Source of the DNA: Cycas panzhihuaensis
Taxonomy: Eukaryota; Plantae; Cycadophyta
Assembly (NCBI GenBank): GCA_023213395.1
Contig: CM041465.1
Coordinates: forward strand, 86,745,741 to 86,809,740
Direction of reading: 5' to 3'
Length of the DNA: 64,000 nucleotides
The translations under genes and the position numbers were made by a program. The notes beneath the pieces are model-generated. The model had not been told where the DNA came from, did no database searches, and saw only the letters and a program-made list of their open reading frames with translations. This document shows, piece by piece, positions 26,493-38,564 of the stretch (the stretch's first letter is position 1; each line of letters opens with the position of its first letter).

Positions 26493-27590
26493 ATTTAAAC
26501 ACTTCCAATCCAATTTTAAAGAGAATCGACAAGATTTTATAAATCATCCAAATCTAGGGTAAAGCCATTAACACTTACTAAGAATAATTTAAGGCCAAGC
26601 TTAAAATAAATTCTGTCATGTTGGATTTTTTCTTTTAAATCAACATTATTTATGTTATTTTTTGTAGCAAATTTAGAAAAGACTTTCAAGGTTCTTCAAC
26701 ATCTGAGAGTAAAGCTAGATCAAGTTCTGCTAAAATCGAAAAAAATGGTTTTTTAATCTAAAACTCATTATAAAAGTTAAAAGAAGGTTTTCCTTGCTCT
26801 TTCTTTACTCTTGTTTCTTTTGAAGAAGTAATGTTAAATTAGCTTTAATAGCAACTAATTGAGTTTCTAATTGATCTTAATTTCTTTTTGCATGGCTCTT
26901 CCAATTAGATAAATAATTTAGTTGTCTTGGAGCTAAGGTTATTGATCTAGCTCCATTGTTATCTTTTCAATAAGAAAAGTATGATCAATGCCACTTTAAT
27001 CAATCCCTCTCTCTTACGAGGCCATCTACCACCATTCAAATTCAATTTTCTTTTATTTCTTCTTGAAAGATGCTCAAATATTTTCAACATATGACCTATG
27101 TCTTTTGGAATAAAAATGTGTTCATAATCACCAAACTAAAAAGTAACTAGAGGGGATTGGTGTGGATGTTGCCTCTTTTACAACTTACAAAACGTCCCCT
27201 AGTTGTTGTACTTACTAGTATCTTCAACTTAGATTTTCTACAAATGAATAATGACATTTTTTACTTTTTCAAAGGACTTGAAAGCTTTAATTTTTGCCAC
27301 AAAAAATAATTCTAATAAACATATTTGAAAGCCTTCCCTCACTTTTAAATGTTTTTTAACTTCTTTTACTTAAAAGCAAGATCACAAAATTAAAAGAGAA
27401 TCTACATACATTGCTTTTCTTCAAAGTAAATAGATTCCACTAAAACAAGCTATCTTCTTTGGTAAGAATCTATATTTCTTCAATACTAATAGAATGTATG
27501 TGCAACAATCAATTATATTGCTACATAGTAAAACTCAACATGCAACCTCCCCTCCTCAGAAACAAAGGAGCAACTCTAATACCAAAGTGC
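26493..27590 (-). mobile_element. Endogenous caulimovirid, 5' part (tRNAMet PBS 27572-27584 and movement-protein-like N-terminus)
   Basis: TGGTATTAGAGTT not preceded by an LTR end; downstream SIEEI*ILTKEDSLF*WNLFTLKKSNV resembles a florendovirus-type ORF1 start; joins 20692 once the Copia insertion is removed. Confidence 0.5.
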
Positions 27591-28399
27591 CCACATTTCT
27601 GCTACTAATGCCCAAGTAGGCCTCTTAATCAACATGTCAACTGAACATTAATCCCAAACGTTTCTTTACTCATTATGGCCCATTGGCTAAAAGGGACACA
27701 ATCCCTTTGCCAAGTAATTCTTAATGGTTTTCTTGCAAATGTCTTTACATTGTATCATTGGTTACACCCCCACCCCTAAAAAAGAATATATATATATATA
27801 TGTATTTAAATAATTTAAAAACCTTAACAATATTTTTTCTTTAATTAGCACAAATATTCTTGTGAACCTACACTCAAAGTGAAATATACTACTCAAATTT
27901 TGCACAACTCATGACAACCTTCTAAATGAAATAATACAAACCTAAGTCATAAACAACACCTACTTTCAAGACATGCTTGTGCCATCATGGAAAACAACAC
28001 CAAAGTCCATGCTTTATATATGTTCCAAAACTCTTTCAACTAAATTTATAATATTTATCACCTTTTAATTCTTGTTCTAAATGGCCACTTATTAAATTTT
28101 CCTAACCTATGAGACCTTTTTTATTAATGAGAAAGGGTTGGATTATACCAATTTGGTATATTCTCATAAACCATAAGCAAACTAAAAAAAAACTATTGTT
28201 TAAATGCTCTAAACCCTCACTTGGTATTTAATATGTATTTATCACTTTTGATCCCTTTTTTTAGGTTAAAATATGTCATTAAATTATAAAATCAAATGCA
28301 ATATAAGAGGTTAAAGAGCCCATTTATTAAATAGATCTACTCACTCAATCTTTTTTACATGCAGTGGACACAAAATTGCAAAATTAGTATGGAGATTTT

Positions 28400-31300
28400 T
28401 CTTAAAGTTTTTTATAGAGAGAAGTAAAGCAAGTATTGTGGGATAACCATAACTGCACTTCCTTCTTTATGTTACCCAAAAATTTGATTAAAAAATAGAA
28501 CTACTTTTTAAAAATATGTTGTGGTATGAATTTTCCAGAGAAGAAGAAGCCATAAGTTTATCAAGTGACGACAAGTCGCAAACCAACCATATGTCGTTGT
28601 CCAACTCCCTTTAATTAGCCAAAAATAAAGAGGTAGATGACCAATTCGAATTTCGGTGAAGCCTCGATCCATATTTAAAATCTCGAAGGCAGTTTGCCAG
28701 ATCTCCTAGATTAGAGGACAATGCCACCAAATATGATCGAAGTTGTCATTGTGAGCACCACACACAAGACAAAATGACTGACGATTCATATTCCATTGGT
28801 CCCACGTGTCCTAAAAAATGAAGGCCTTATGCAAAATTCTCTAGTGAAGCACATTATGTTTAGGTTACTCTTTCTTCCACCATATCCATCCCCATTCAAC
28901 TTGAAGTTGGACTTGTCAATATTGTTGATTATGTAACAAGTAGTAGAATTCTGAAGACTCGAACACTCAACCCCTGGAAAGAACCTTGAGTCCTTCCTCC
29001 TCCTCTAGATCCTTTGAGGCGACAAGAGGGTCCATTTGCCGCATTAAAAAATTGAGTCTACCAGCATTCTGCAAGAGCAAAGGTTTAGGCTGAAAATTAA
29101 TCCCCATCACAAGTTCAACAAAATCCTTCCACCAACACTAATTAAAGTCCTAGAACTAAGCAACAGTAAGCCAATTATGAGAACTAAAGAACTAAGCTAA
29201 AGGAGTGAAATCCTCCTGATTGACTAGCAAAGAAAACCCTCGAGGAAACCATTTGTCTGTCCAAAAATTAACTTGAAGACCTGTTGATCCTGAAGAATAT
29301 ATAGTGTTATAGTGGAGATTGTCCAAGCTACCACCATGTGATTCCAAATCATGGATCCTTTGTTTAGATGGTTGGGAGCTGTCAATTGCTCTTTAGTCGA
29401 AAGCGCCAAACAATACTTCCTCCTAATAATGCAGGTCCATTTATCGTTTCCTTTGTTCCATAAGTTCCACAATCGCTTTGCCGCTCTCACATTTGCCATG
29501 ATAAAAGGGTCTTTGAGACTAAGGCCACCTCGACCCTTGTGATTAGACACTGTGCTCCACTTCACTGGGCAATAGGACTTCGCTTCCGTTGACCAAGGTT
29601 TCTAGAAGAATCTTTAGCCGAAAGCGCTAAACAATACTTCCTCCTAATAATGCAGATCCATTTATCGTTTTCTCTGTTCCATAAGTCCCACAAACGCTTT
29701 ACGCCTCTCACCTTTGCCATGATAAAAGGGTCTTTGAGATCAAGGCCACCTCGACCCTTATGATTAGACATTATGCTCTACTTCACTAGGCAATAGGACT
29801 TCGCTTTCGTTCTAGAGAAATCTAATGAACAAACATCGAATTACTAATAACACAACTTTGAGAGCTTGAATGATGGACATTAGGTAATTAGGCATTTGGG
29901 ACATGGCCAATTCTATTAGACTCCGTTAAGAGATCTAGTTATCCAAGCGTTTAACTTCTTCTTGATTTTTAAAATATAAGAATGCCAATCAGCAATTTTT
30001 AGTCTAGAGAGGCCCATATGGATAACTAGGTATTTGAAAATCGTAGATCTAGGGGCGATTGGAACTCCCAAGGTTGTCACCAAAGTGGATCAGTGCTCTA
30101 TATCTATTTCGTTGAAAATAATAGTGCATTTATTGTGATTAATCTTCATCTCTATTGTGAGAACAAAAAAACTAAACACTTAACTCTAGATGTTGATTTC
30201 TATATACGAAGGATAGCCTAATAATGTGGTATCATCTCCAAAGATCTGGTGCATTGTGGCCTTTGTTCCATCAATAGAAACCCCTTAGAGAAGACCCATA
30301 GATTGGAGCCAAACTAATAGAGAAGAGAGGTCGTTTATGGCAATCACGAAAAAATAAGAAAATATGGGCATCCATTGCAAATTCCTCTGCTAGTATAAAT
30401 GAGGCAATCGATTAAGCTATTGATTCTTATGGCCATTGAAACCGAAGAGATCATGGCTTTGAACAAACTAATATGATCTTTTTGTAATCCCTTTCAAAAA
30501 GGGATAACTAAAAGAAAGTCCCATTCCACTATGTCATAAGCCTTATTAATGTCCAATTTAAGTAGGGCTATTTGTTGCCTTTTTGTATGTACAGTATAAA
30601 GAGCCTCAATAATCACTGTTATATTGTCTACTATACGACAACCTTTTATGAAGGTTGTTTGATTTTCATTCACAACCTGAGGAAGAAACTCTCTGAGCCA
30701 ATTAGCTAAGACTTTGGCTATTATCTTATACACAATGTTGCTAAAGCTTAAGGGTCTCCATTGATGAATGGACAAAGTACCACTTTTAAGGATCAAAGAG
30801 ACCATGGTTACGTTGATAGCTGAATGCGTTTTACCCATACAACGAAGCTCTTCTGCTCCTGCTAAAAGTTGAGGCATCTCATCAGAGTCTATAGCCAATA
30901 GGAGCTCCACAGGCATTCCATCTGAACCTGAAGATTTACCTATGGAAAGCTTCATCATGATTTTGTGTATTTTCCTCCTTGATAATCAGTCTCTTGAGAG
31001 TCATTTAGATTTTTGCTACACTCAAGGATAAGATTCACCTTAGAAAGAATGATTTGAGTGGCTTTGGCCCTAACAATAGAGAAGCCTTTAGTGGTCCACA
31101 ATTTGTCGAAGTGATGAAAAATCTTCCCTTGAATTTTTTGTTGCGAATATGTGGTCTCTGCAAGAGAGACATGCAAGCACTTAAGAGGCTATTGATCTTG
31201 AAATGTTTTAGCATAGTGATTGAAATTTTTTTAATTCTAGTCAGAGTGCAACTTCCATTGAATATTGGACCAACCTCTTCATTTTTCTGCTTCTTGTTTT

Positions 31301-34300
31301 TGCATTAAAAGAAATTGGTCATTCAAGTCAATAAGTTTTAATTAGAGATTGGGCAAACCTTTTCCTTCTTCAAATTCCTTTTAGATAACACGAATTGTAA
31401 TCAACAAAGATTCCCTTCGTTCCTCAAATTGGCATTTATGATTTTTACTAAACATCTTGATGTAAGATTTGAGACCCTTCATAAACGTCGTCCACCAAGC
31501 ACTAGGGTTGTTTAAACCATCTGGGTTGGTATACAATTCCTCCCACCATTGTTACAAGCCAATTCTAAAGTCCTCCAATTTACGCAAACTTATGTTGAAT
31601 TTGAAAATTGTCTTCCCTTTGGTAGAGGAGCCAACCCCAGTGGAAAATTAAATTTTGATGGGTATATGATTAAATATCATGGCTGCATTTAACGAGATAC
31701 ATTGGTATTGATCAATGAGTTGGCTAAGGGAATTTGATATGCATACTACATCCAATCTTTCAACTATACAACTGCTACCCTGCCTATTGTTGGTCCAAGT
31801 AAAATTCAGAGGCCCCTTCCAAAGAAGCTTGGAAAGACCTAGGGCATCTTTAAGATTGGCAAAAGATGAATTATCTCTTTGATAAGGCCTTTTGAATTTA
31901 TTACTTGATTTTTCATTAGGGTATTCCACAAAGTTGAAATCCCCCAATACTAACATGTGGTCCTAATCTGGCTAATTGTTATTTAGAGCTTCTGCCAAAA
32001 CTTGCCACGAATCGCGCTTGACACTAGCATTAATAGAGGCATAGACCCCAATGACCCAACAAACGAATTGATCCTTTTCCATTTTCAAACATAGCCAATC
32101 CTAAAAAGGCCTCTCAATATATTGAAGCATCTTCCATTGGCTATTCTATTAGAATACAAAGCCCTCCAACAGGTTAAATTAGAAAAATTGCTTTCCATTG
32201 AGCCAACAGCCAGATACTACGGATAGTGCACTACATATCACTTTCAGACACTATGAGTTTCTAACATAACCAAAAAATGAGAATGATGTTGTCGAACTAA
32301 ACGTTTTAGCTTTGCATTTGCGAAAGTGGGGAAGACCAATACCCCTAATGTTCTAGGTCATTCTTAAAAAGTTTTTTTTGTCCATTTGATTAGAAAGAAT
32401 TGATGCAAGCTAGAGATTTAAATCAAATGCGATGCGGAGTATCTTCATTATTGGGCATACGTTGTTATAATCGATAGTCATTCACCTTTGGAGATCTTGA
32501 CCATTGGGTTTTTGAAACATGATCCAAAGATTCTACTTCTTCTATAAGTATATCAACTGAGTTGTCTCGAGGGAGCCCTGACATAGGGGTTACATCCATT
32601 TCAGAGGTATGCCTTTGGATCAATGAAGCAATGTTCAACATTTTCTTAAGTTGATCTCTAGAATCATTGAAATCTGCATGTGGATCCTATGCACTCGCAA
32701 GGTGACCTTTTTCTTTGTTTCATGAACGACTAGTTACTAGAGTCCATCTTTCTTCTTCTCTTGCTTGACGCAGAGCTATGTTTTGCTTATGAGTATTCAT
32801 TTCAGTATGAATTTGCAAAATTTCCTCATTATTAATAGAGTTGTTCCCTATCAAATATTGCTCCTCCTTGCTTACCTTATTACTAACTAGCTGGAAAGTG
32901 GGCCTTTGGTCTAGAATGACTTCATCTCTCCAAGGATCTAAAGTATGAGGCGCTTGAAATACATGACAAAATTTATACACATGTCCAATGTTATGACATG
33001 CAATGCATCTGAACAAGACTCTTTCATAGCCTAGATTAATTTTGATTCACCTATTTGCAACTTTAATAAATAAGTGTTCTTTAAGCAATTCAATTATACC
33101 TAACTCAACGCACACTTTGGCCACCCCCCTGGTAGTGTGCTTTAAGGTGTTCGAGTCTAACTTAATAACCTTACCCAACATTGAGCCAATTTTGACTAAA
33201 CGTTCCCATTCTTTAAACTCATCAAACAAGAACGGTAATGGATCCAAACTGGGATTTTTAACAACTCTAGGTTATTCGAATCAAACATAGAAGACCATCG
33301 TTGAAGGGCTAGATTCGAGTCTCACATGAACCAGGGACCTTCGTATAAAACCTTATCCAAATCTATTGTGTTTGAGAAGAAAATATTGAAAAAAGCATTC
33401 CCCTTTAGTTCAAATGCAACCTTGCTAGAAAGAATAGGTGTCCACATTGCTTTCGCCCATTCTTCAAGAGACCATATGAGAGGATATAGGCTGTTAAATT
33501 TGCCAATAATTCCATGTAGATGCTTTCAATGTGTCCTCAATAGAAAAGGTAATGCCATTTGTTTCATAATCCACCATTCTCATTAATGTGGTTATGAGGT
33601 CCTCATCTGTAACGTTGTTCTGGTTCTCAAATTTTAGAACCTAGGCTTGAGATGCCAGTGCAAGAGGATTGAGGAGGAAGAAGTCACAAACTTCATTGAG
33701 AAGATTATTCTGTTGCATGACTGATAAACTAAGTTGTGTATTTCCTTTTATGGCAATCCTAAGGGATTCTTAGGCCTAAATTGATTAGGGCCTCAAATCC
33801 TACCTATTATTTTGTATTGGAGCAAAGCCTACCTCCATTGGGATTAAAGACTAGAGAAAACCAAAGAAGAAAAAAAAAAACTGATAGTAAGAAAATTTTT
33901 AAAGGGGTCAACAATACTTACCTATAATCCAAGGACTTTGGTTGCAAATCTAAGCGAAAAATACACATGCAAACTCTAATATCGACAAGCAACAACATTC
34001 AACTTAGATAAGAGGAGGAAAAGCTAAAGCATTGATACAAAGCCTGGTCTCCTAACCAAGAAACTCGGTTGCAAATCAATGAGAAAACGTCTCGTACAAG
34101 CACATGCAATAGTATGCAACCCATGACGCAGAGAGTGAGATCTGAAGGAACTATTTTGGCTCTGATTGATTAAGAAAATATTCTTCCAATAAGATTCAAC
34201 AATATCATATTCAACGCTACCCACAAGATGCTCAAATCATGCTCGGACTAAAAACTACCCACCCACACTCACTTCCAAACATCCATACCCAAATAAGACA

Positions 34301-34400
34301 AGTCAGGGCCGCTAAAGATCTCCTCTATGCCCAACATAGAGACAGCATGACCTAGGATGTTGTCGTAGCAATTACACAATGGCAACCGGATTAACTAAGA
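28400..34400 (-). mobile_element. Decayed full-length L1-type LINE (ORF1 DUF4283 + CCHC knuckle; ORF2 endonuclease, RT, C-terminal Zn finger)
   Basis: ORF1 IGSMLGKVIKLD..AKVCVE and CIACHNIGHVYKFC; EN VLGDFN..FTWTNN..ERLD; RT KSSGSDG..WRPLSFSNIVYKIIAKVLAN..LKLDINKAYD; GGLSLKD; CLVCGAHNDNFDHIWWHCP; ends approximate. Confidence 0.9.
29390..29810. repeat. ~200-bp direct duplication inside LINE ORF2
   Basis: 29390-29590 and 29611-29810 align with scattered substitutions. Confidence 0.9.
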
Positions 34401-35461
34401 AATCCTAATGGACTTTTGCGATTTCTCTTCTCTGTCGCTCCTTCCCAATCAAAAAAATACAAGCCAAGTGTTATCCTTATAAAGTACACACTTTGATCTA
34501 AATTCAAAATTTATCATGTCCTTTAAACATTTATGAGCCCAATTCCCTTCATCCCCAAACATCAATAATAAAATTCATATCTAGCAAAATAAAAAAATCA
34601 TAGCTAGCAAATTATCAACTCATGCAACTTCAAGCATTTTATTCCCTTTTTTCTTTTTTTATGGGTAATGTTTAATAAATGTGGGGCTTTAAAATAAGAC
34701 CTCAAGCCATTTACAAAATCTGTCAGATCGACTTTTTAAATCTGCCATGACAAGCCCATAACCTAGCTTCAAATAAAACCACACCTACTGCATCTACTAG
34801 ACCCGCCCCCCCAACCATGATGGCTAGCTAACTGCATCAAATTGCCTATTTGCCACACCAATCCCAATAGCCGACTTAGACTCCCTACCAATGTTTATGC
34901 CTTCCAAGTCTTTCCTAACCAAATCCGTAGTCTCATCGAGGATCATACCCCTCCAAACCTTTTTTCAAACCTTACATTTCTTCAAGGCTTATCTTCCTTT
35001 ACTTAAAAGATATATCAACAAAAAAGCCCCTTTATCAAAGATCAAAATTTTTACATCCATATTCAAATTAAATTCAAACACCCAATAACTTCTACTTGTT
35101 TTTACAACTCCTATATTACTCTCTACAATTTTTATTTGTTATAAAATTTATTTTAACTTCGAGCCTTGTCAAGATAAGATTTTACCCTATACCACTCAAT
35201 CACTAATTATTACCAACCGAATTAAAAACTGGTATTAAAGAAAATAGCCAAATAATAACAAGAAGTCAAAAGAAAATAAACACCTCATCTATTTCTATTA
35301 CCAATTTTAATATTATAATTAAAAGTCAAACGTTGGGATACATCGGTAGGTATCTATCCTACAATGTTGAAATCCCAAGTCCAACCCCCTAAGGAATTAT
35401 AAGGAAGAGTTAGATGAAAGGGTGACAAATCCCAACAAACAAAGAAACGATTCCATCTGTT

Positions 35462-35464
<3 letters not shown>

Positions 35465-35498
<34 letters not shown>
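35465..35498. repeat. (TA)n microsatellite
   Basis: Direct reading. Confidence 0.95.
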
Positions 35499-35501
<3 letters not shown>

Positions 35502-38250
35502 CTTGAAAAGAACGAATATTTTTCAAGCACATCCTTCAAAAGAGAAGATTTTATCATAACACCCAAATAGAAGAAATATTTAGAAACACATTAACAAAGA
35601 AAAAGGATATACCCCACTCTTCCTATAGAGAAGGGGAAATGTCAATCCTTTGAAGCATATGAATTTTGCAATAAAGAATCCATCACAAAACCGCTCAACC
35701 CTCCCTTCCTTAGACTTTCAAAAGGATAAAAGAAACAAGTCAATCCCATATCATCTTCAACATTCATTCATTTATCTTTATCAAAATCTAATGCCTAAGG
35801 AACAAGTCAATCCCATTCAATCCTCAAAATTCAATCATTCATTTACCTTTATCAAAATCTAGTGCCAATAATTCTACACTTTCATTTGCTTAAACACCTA
35901 TTAAATGATGTTATGCTAGAAGGAGTGATTGCACACTTCCATTTGCTATAATGCCTACTAAATGATGTTATACAACAATGGTGAAATTACATATTTAAAT
36001 TTGTTTCAAAGCTTTTGACTAAGCAAATCATATATATTCTATTTATGGCAATTTATTAGAACATTGATGGGTATAACTTTAGAAGTCTAGCCCTTTTGTA
36101 TCACAACAAGTTCAAGTTAGGAACAAAAATAGTGAGGTAAAACTAATAATTACAACACCAAATGATCCAATTGTAATGTGTACTCAGAAATCTCCTCCAT
36201 GGATGAATCAATAAAAGCATTGGACTAGTACCAAAATGAAGCAGTCCAACATTTCTTCTGCAATTTACCATGCACATCAAAAAATTAAACAAGACTAGGC
36301 ACTTCAAACTCAAAACTTCACAATAACCAAGGCAATAAATTTTATGGTCCACAAAATGTTTAATATAATTTTTTTGAATTAAAACACATTTTACATTTGA
36401 AAAAGAGTCTTTATAATTACATCTTTCCCCCTATTTGGCTGGTATCTAAGAGATCTAGGACGAATGTTGAATTGCACAACCTATTACAAACTAATGGTTA
36501 AGAGTTTCAAAACTTATGCCTTCTCGCTTTGCATGCTACATTTGTTCTGATTTAGCTTACTGATTCATCATTTCCTCAAGCTAAGTGTATCAATGAGATA
36601 TAAATGAACTCCCTCTGAGAGTCTGAATATAAGACTTTGATTTCTGTATTCTTGCACTTCGTCGTGATTCTATAGGCACGATGATAAGAAATAAATACTT
36701 TCAAAGTTAACCATGGATAAAACCCTGATACATAACAGCCAACTTTTGTGCCAGACAGTAGGAAGAGATCCATTTTTCTCAGAAACCTAGCTGGCACTAG
36801 CATATTTGTAAAGGTGCAGAACAACCCAACTCAGACCTGTACAGAATACCAAAGTCTTCCATGCAGTCTACACAGAATGGAAAATACCAGCATATTTGGA
36901 CTCGCTAATCAAACACTAGCCACAACAGAAGCAGGACTCATTCCCTTGGCATACAGAAGCTTACAACCTATAAAAATTCTCTAGCCTTGGAGCAACTGCC
37001 ATAAGGAAAATGGCTATGTTAATCCATCGAGGCAGCAAATGCAACATACATTTCCGAAGAGGAACACCCTTCTGTACAAGATTCACATAACAGAAAATTT
37101 CATATGCAACAAACCATGATACATTTTTAGGTATGTGTTCTGTGTTATAGATGATCGATTGCTTGAACAGTTCAACAGACTTACTGAAAAGCAATCCGCT
37201 AATCTCAATCCCTTGTTAGCACCTTCTGATTAAGGCTCATAAATTAGTATTTGCTGAAATCAGAATGTACAGAAACACACACCCAAACTGATTCTCTCTT
37301 AAGTCAAGTGAATTTCTCATTGGCTGAGAGGAATCGATCTAAACAAAATCAAAACTAAAACCAAATATTTACACTCAAGAAAATAATGGCCATTCAAAAA
37401 TAGCAGGCAAATAAAATTAAAGAAACAAATAAAAGAATTCAAACGTAATAATCCACTCTAAATACTACTGCATGTTTAAATGCAGCTGAGTGCATGAAAA
37501 CCATATACATCGACTAACTGGGATAAGCCGAAACCCTGCCCTCGGAAAAAGAAATCCAACTCTAACCTGGCAGACTTGGCCTGAATCCCAATATAGTATT
37601 ACATCCTAGTACCATCGAAAGTAAAGATGCAACTTGGCACATAAAAATTGTGTACACGCACTACCTGCGATCAACTGGAACCCTACTCTAAAATGCCCAA
37701 CCCTAGCTTGCAAACTTAGTCTTGGTTGGTATGCAGGCAAACACAAACATGGTTAGTCTCTAGCGTATTATTCCAGAAAAAACCGCAAATACACGTTAGA
37801 AAAACAACCCTCTAGAAATAACAATAGAAATTTTTTAAAAAACCTGAAATAATGTCTAGCGCCTAAGTCTTCAGAAAATAATAATTTACAAAATCCTTCT
37901 TAAATAGTAGAAAGAAATTTCTGGAAATAGGAAAAGCTAAAACCTGGAATAACAAACACACTACCCATCCTGAAACGATGCATACGTACTGCATACAAGA
38001 CATGACACAAAATCTTAACAAAAGACTATCACATTAAACCCATAACGAGAGCAACTACAGATCTAAAAGACATGGCCTAAGAAAATCTACTACAGATCAA
38101 AAGAACCCCCTCTACTTTCACAGATCACAAACTGAAAAAAACTACATTTATCGTGTACTGCGAAAAACTAAAGCCAGTAAAACATGACGTATATTTCCTA
38201 CCTTGTTCAACAGGAGAAATGGAATCGTGAATGCGGAAAGAAAAGGGATG

Positions 38251-38373
38251 CGTAGCGAAAGCAACGGGTTTGGGCGGTACAGGCAAAACTTGCATTCCTC
38301 AGATCACGATGTTACCGAGTTAAAGAATTGAGTCTTTCCCTTTCCGCCCAAACCAGAAAGCCCCCAGACTACA
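38251..38373 (-). ncRNA. MIR482: MIR482/2118-family precursor (hairpin 2); predicted 22-nt miRNA UUUUGCCUGUACCGCCCAAACC (38267-38288)
   Basis: Arms GGUUUGGGCGGAAAGGGAAAGACU / AGUUUUGCCUGUACCGCCCAAACC pair; upper stem AUUCUUUA/UGAGGAAU and lower stems GGGGGC/GCUUUC and GUAGU/GCUAC rely on G-U pairs that only work on the minus strand; complement reads GLGGTGKT (NB-ARC P-loop). Confidence 0.85.
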
Positions 38374-38461
38374 GAGACAGCCCTTCTCAAAATCCACAGA
38401 AACCCTCTGCCATGAAATCATCCGACGGAAAGGAAGACAGAGCGTGCAGATTTAAATCGGA

Positions 38462-38540
38462 TGTGTGGGGAAGGCCATGGAAATGGGAGGCATAAGAAAG
38501 ACTTCCTTCTGCTCCCATTCCCCATGACTGCAGACCACAT
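38462..38540 (-). ncRNA. MIR482: MIR482-like hairpin 1 with almost no loop; predicted miRNA UCUUUCUUAUGCCUCCCAUUUC (38480-38501)
   Basis: GUCAUGGGGAAUGGGAGCAGAAGGAAG immediately followed by UCUUUCUUAUGCCUCCCAUUUCCAUGGC; 3' arm is close to the canonical miR482 consensus and antisense to GMGGIGKT codons. Confidence 0.7.
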
Positions 38541-38553
38541 GCCACAACAACCC

Positions 38554-38564
38554 ACTACTTAAAC
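38554..38564 (-). promoter_or_regulatory. Possible TATA-like element of the pri-MIR482 transcript
   Basis: TTTAAGTAG just upstream of hairpin 1; candidate first-exon donor AAG|GTAGGA at ~38201. Confidence 0.3.

Noticed and set aside
34640-35050. Possible second LINE 3' end with RNase H-like tail
   Set aside because: Only a T-rich tract and a weak ANRQFDAV motif; no TSD identified.
36932-36951. miR399-like sequence TGCCAAGGGAATGAGTCCTG (minus) / possible target mimic on plus
   Set aside because: Several mismatches to miR399, no complementary arm found nearby and no IPS1-style central bulge; likely chance.
38480-38503. NB-LRR pseudogene (MGGIRKT and GLGGTGKT on plus strand)
   Set aside because: No flanking NB-ARC homology; the motifs are arms of inverted repeats and are explained by MIR482 hairpins.
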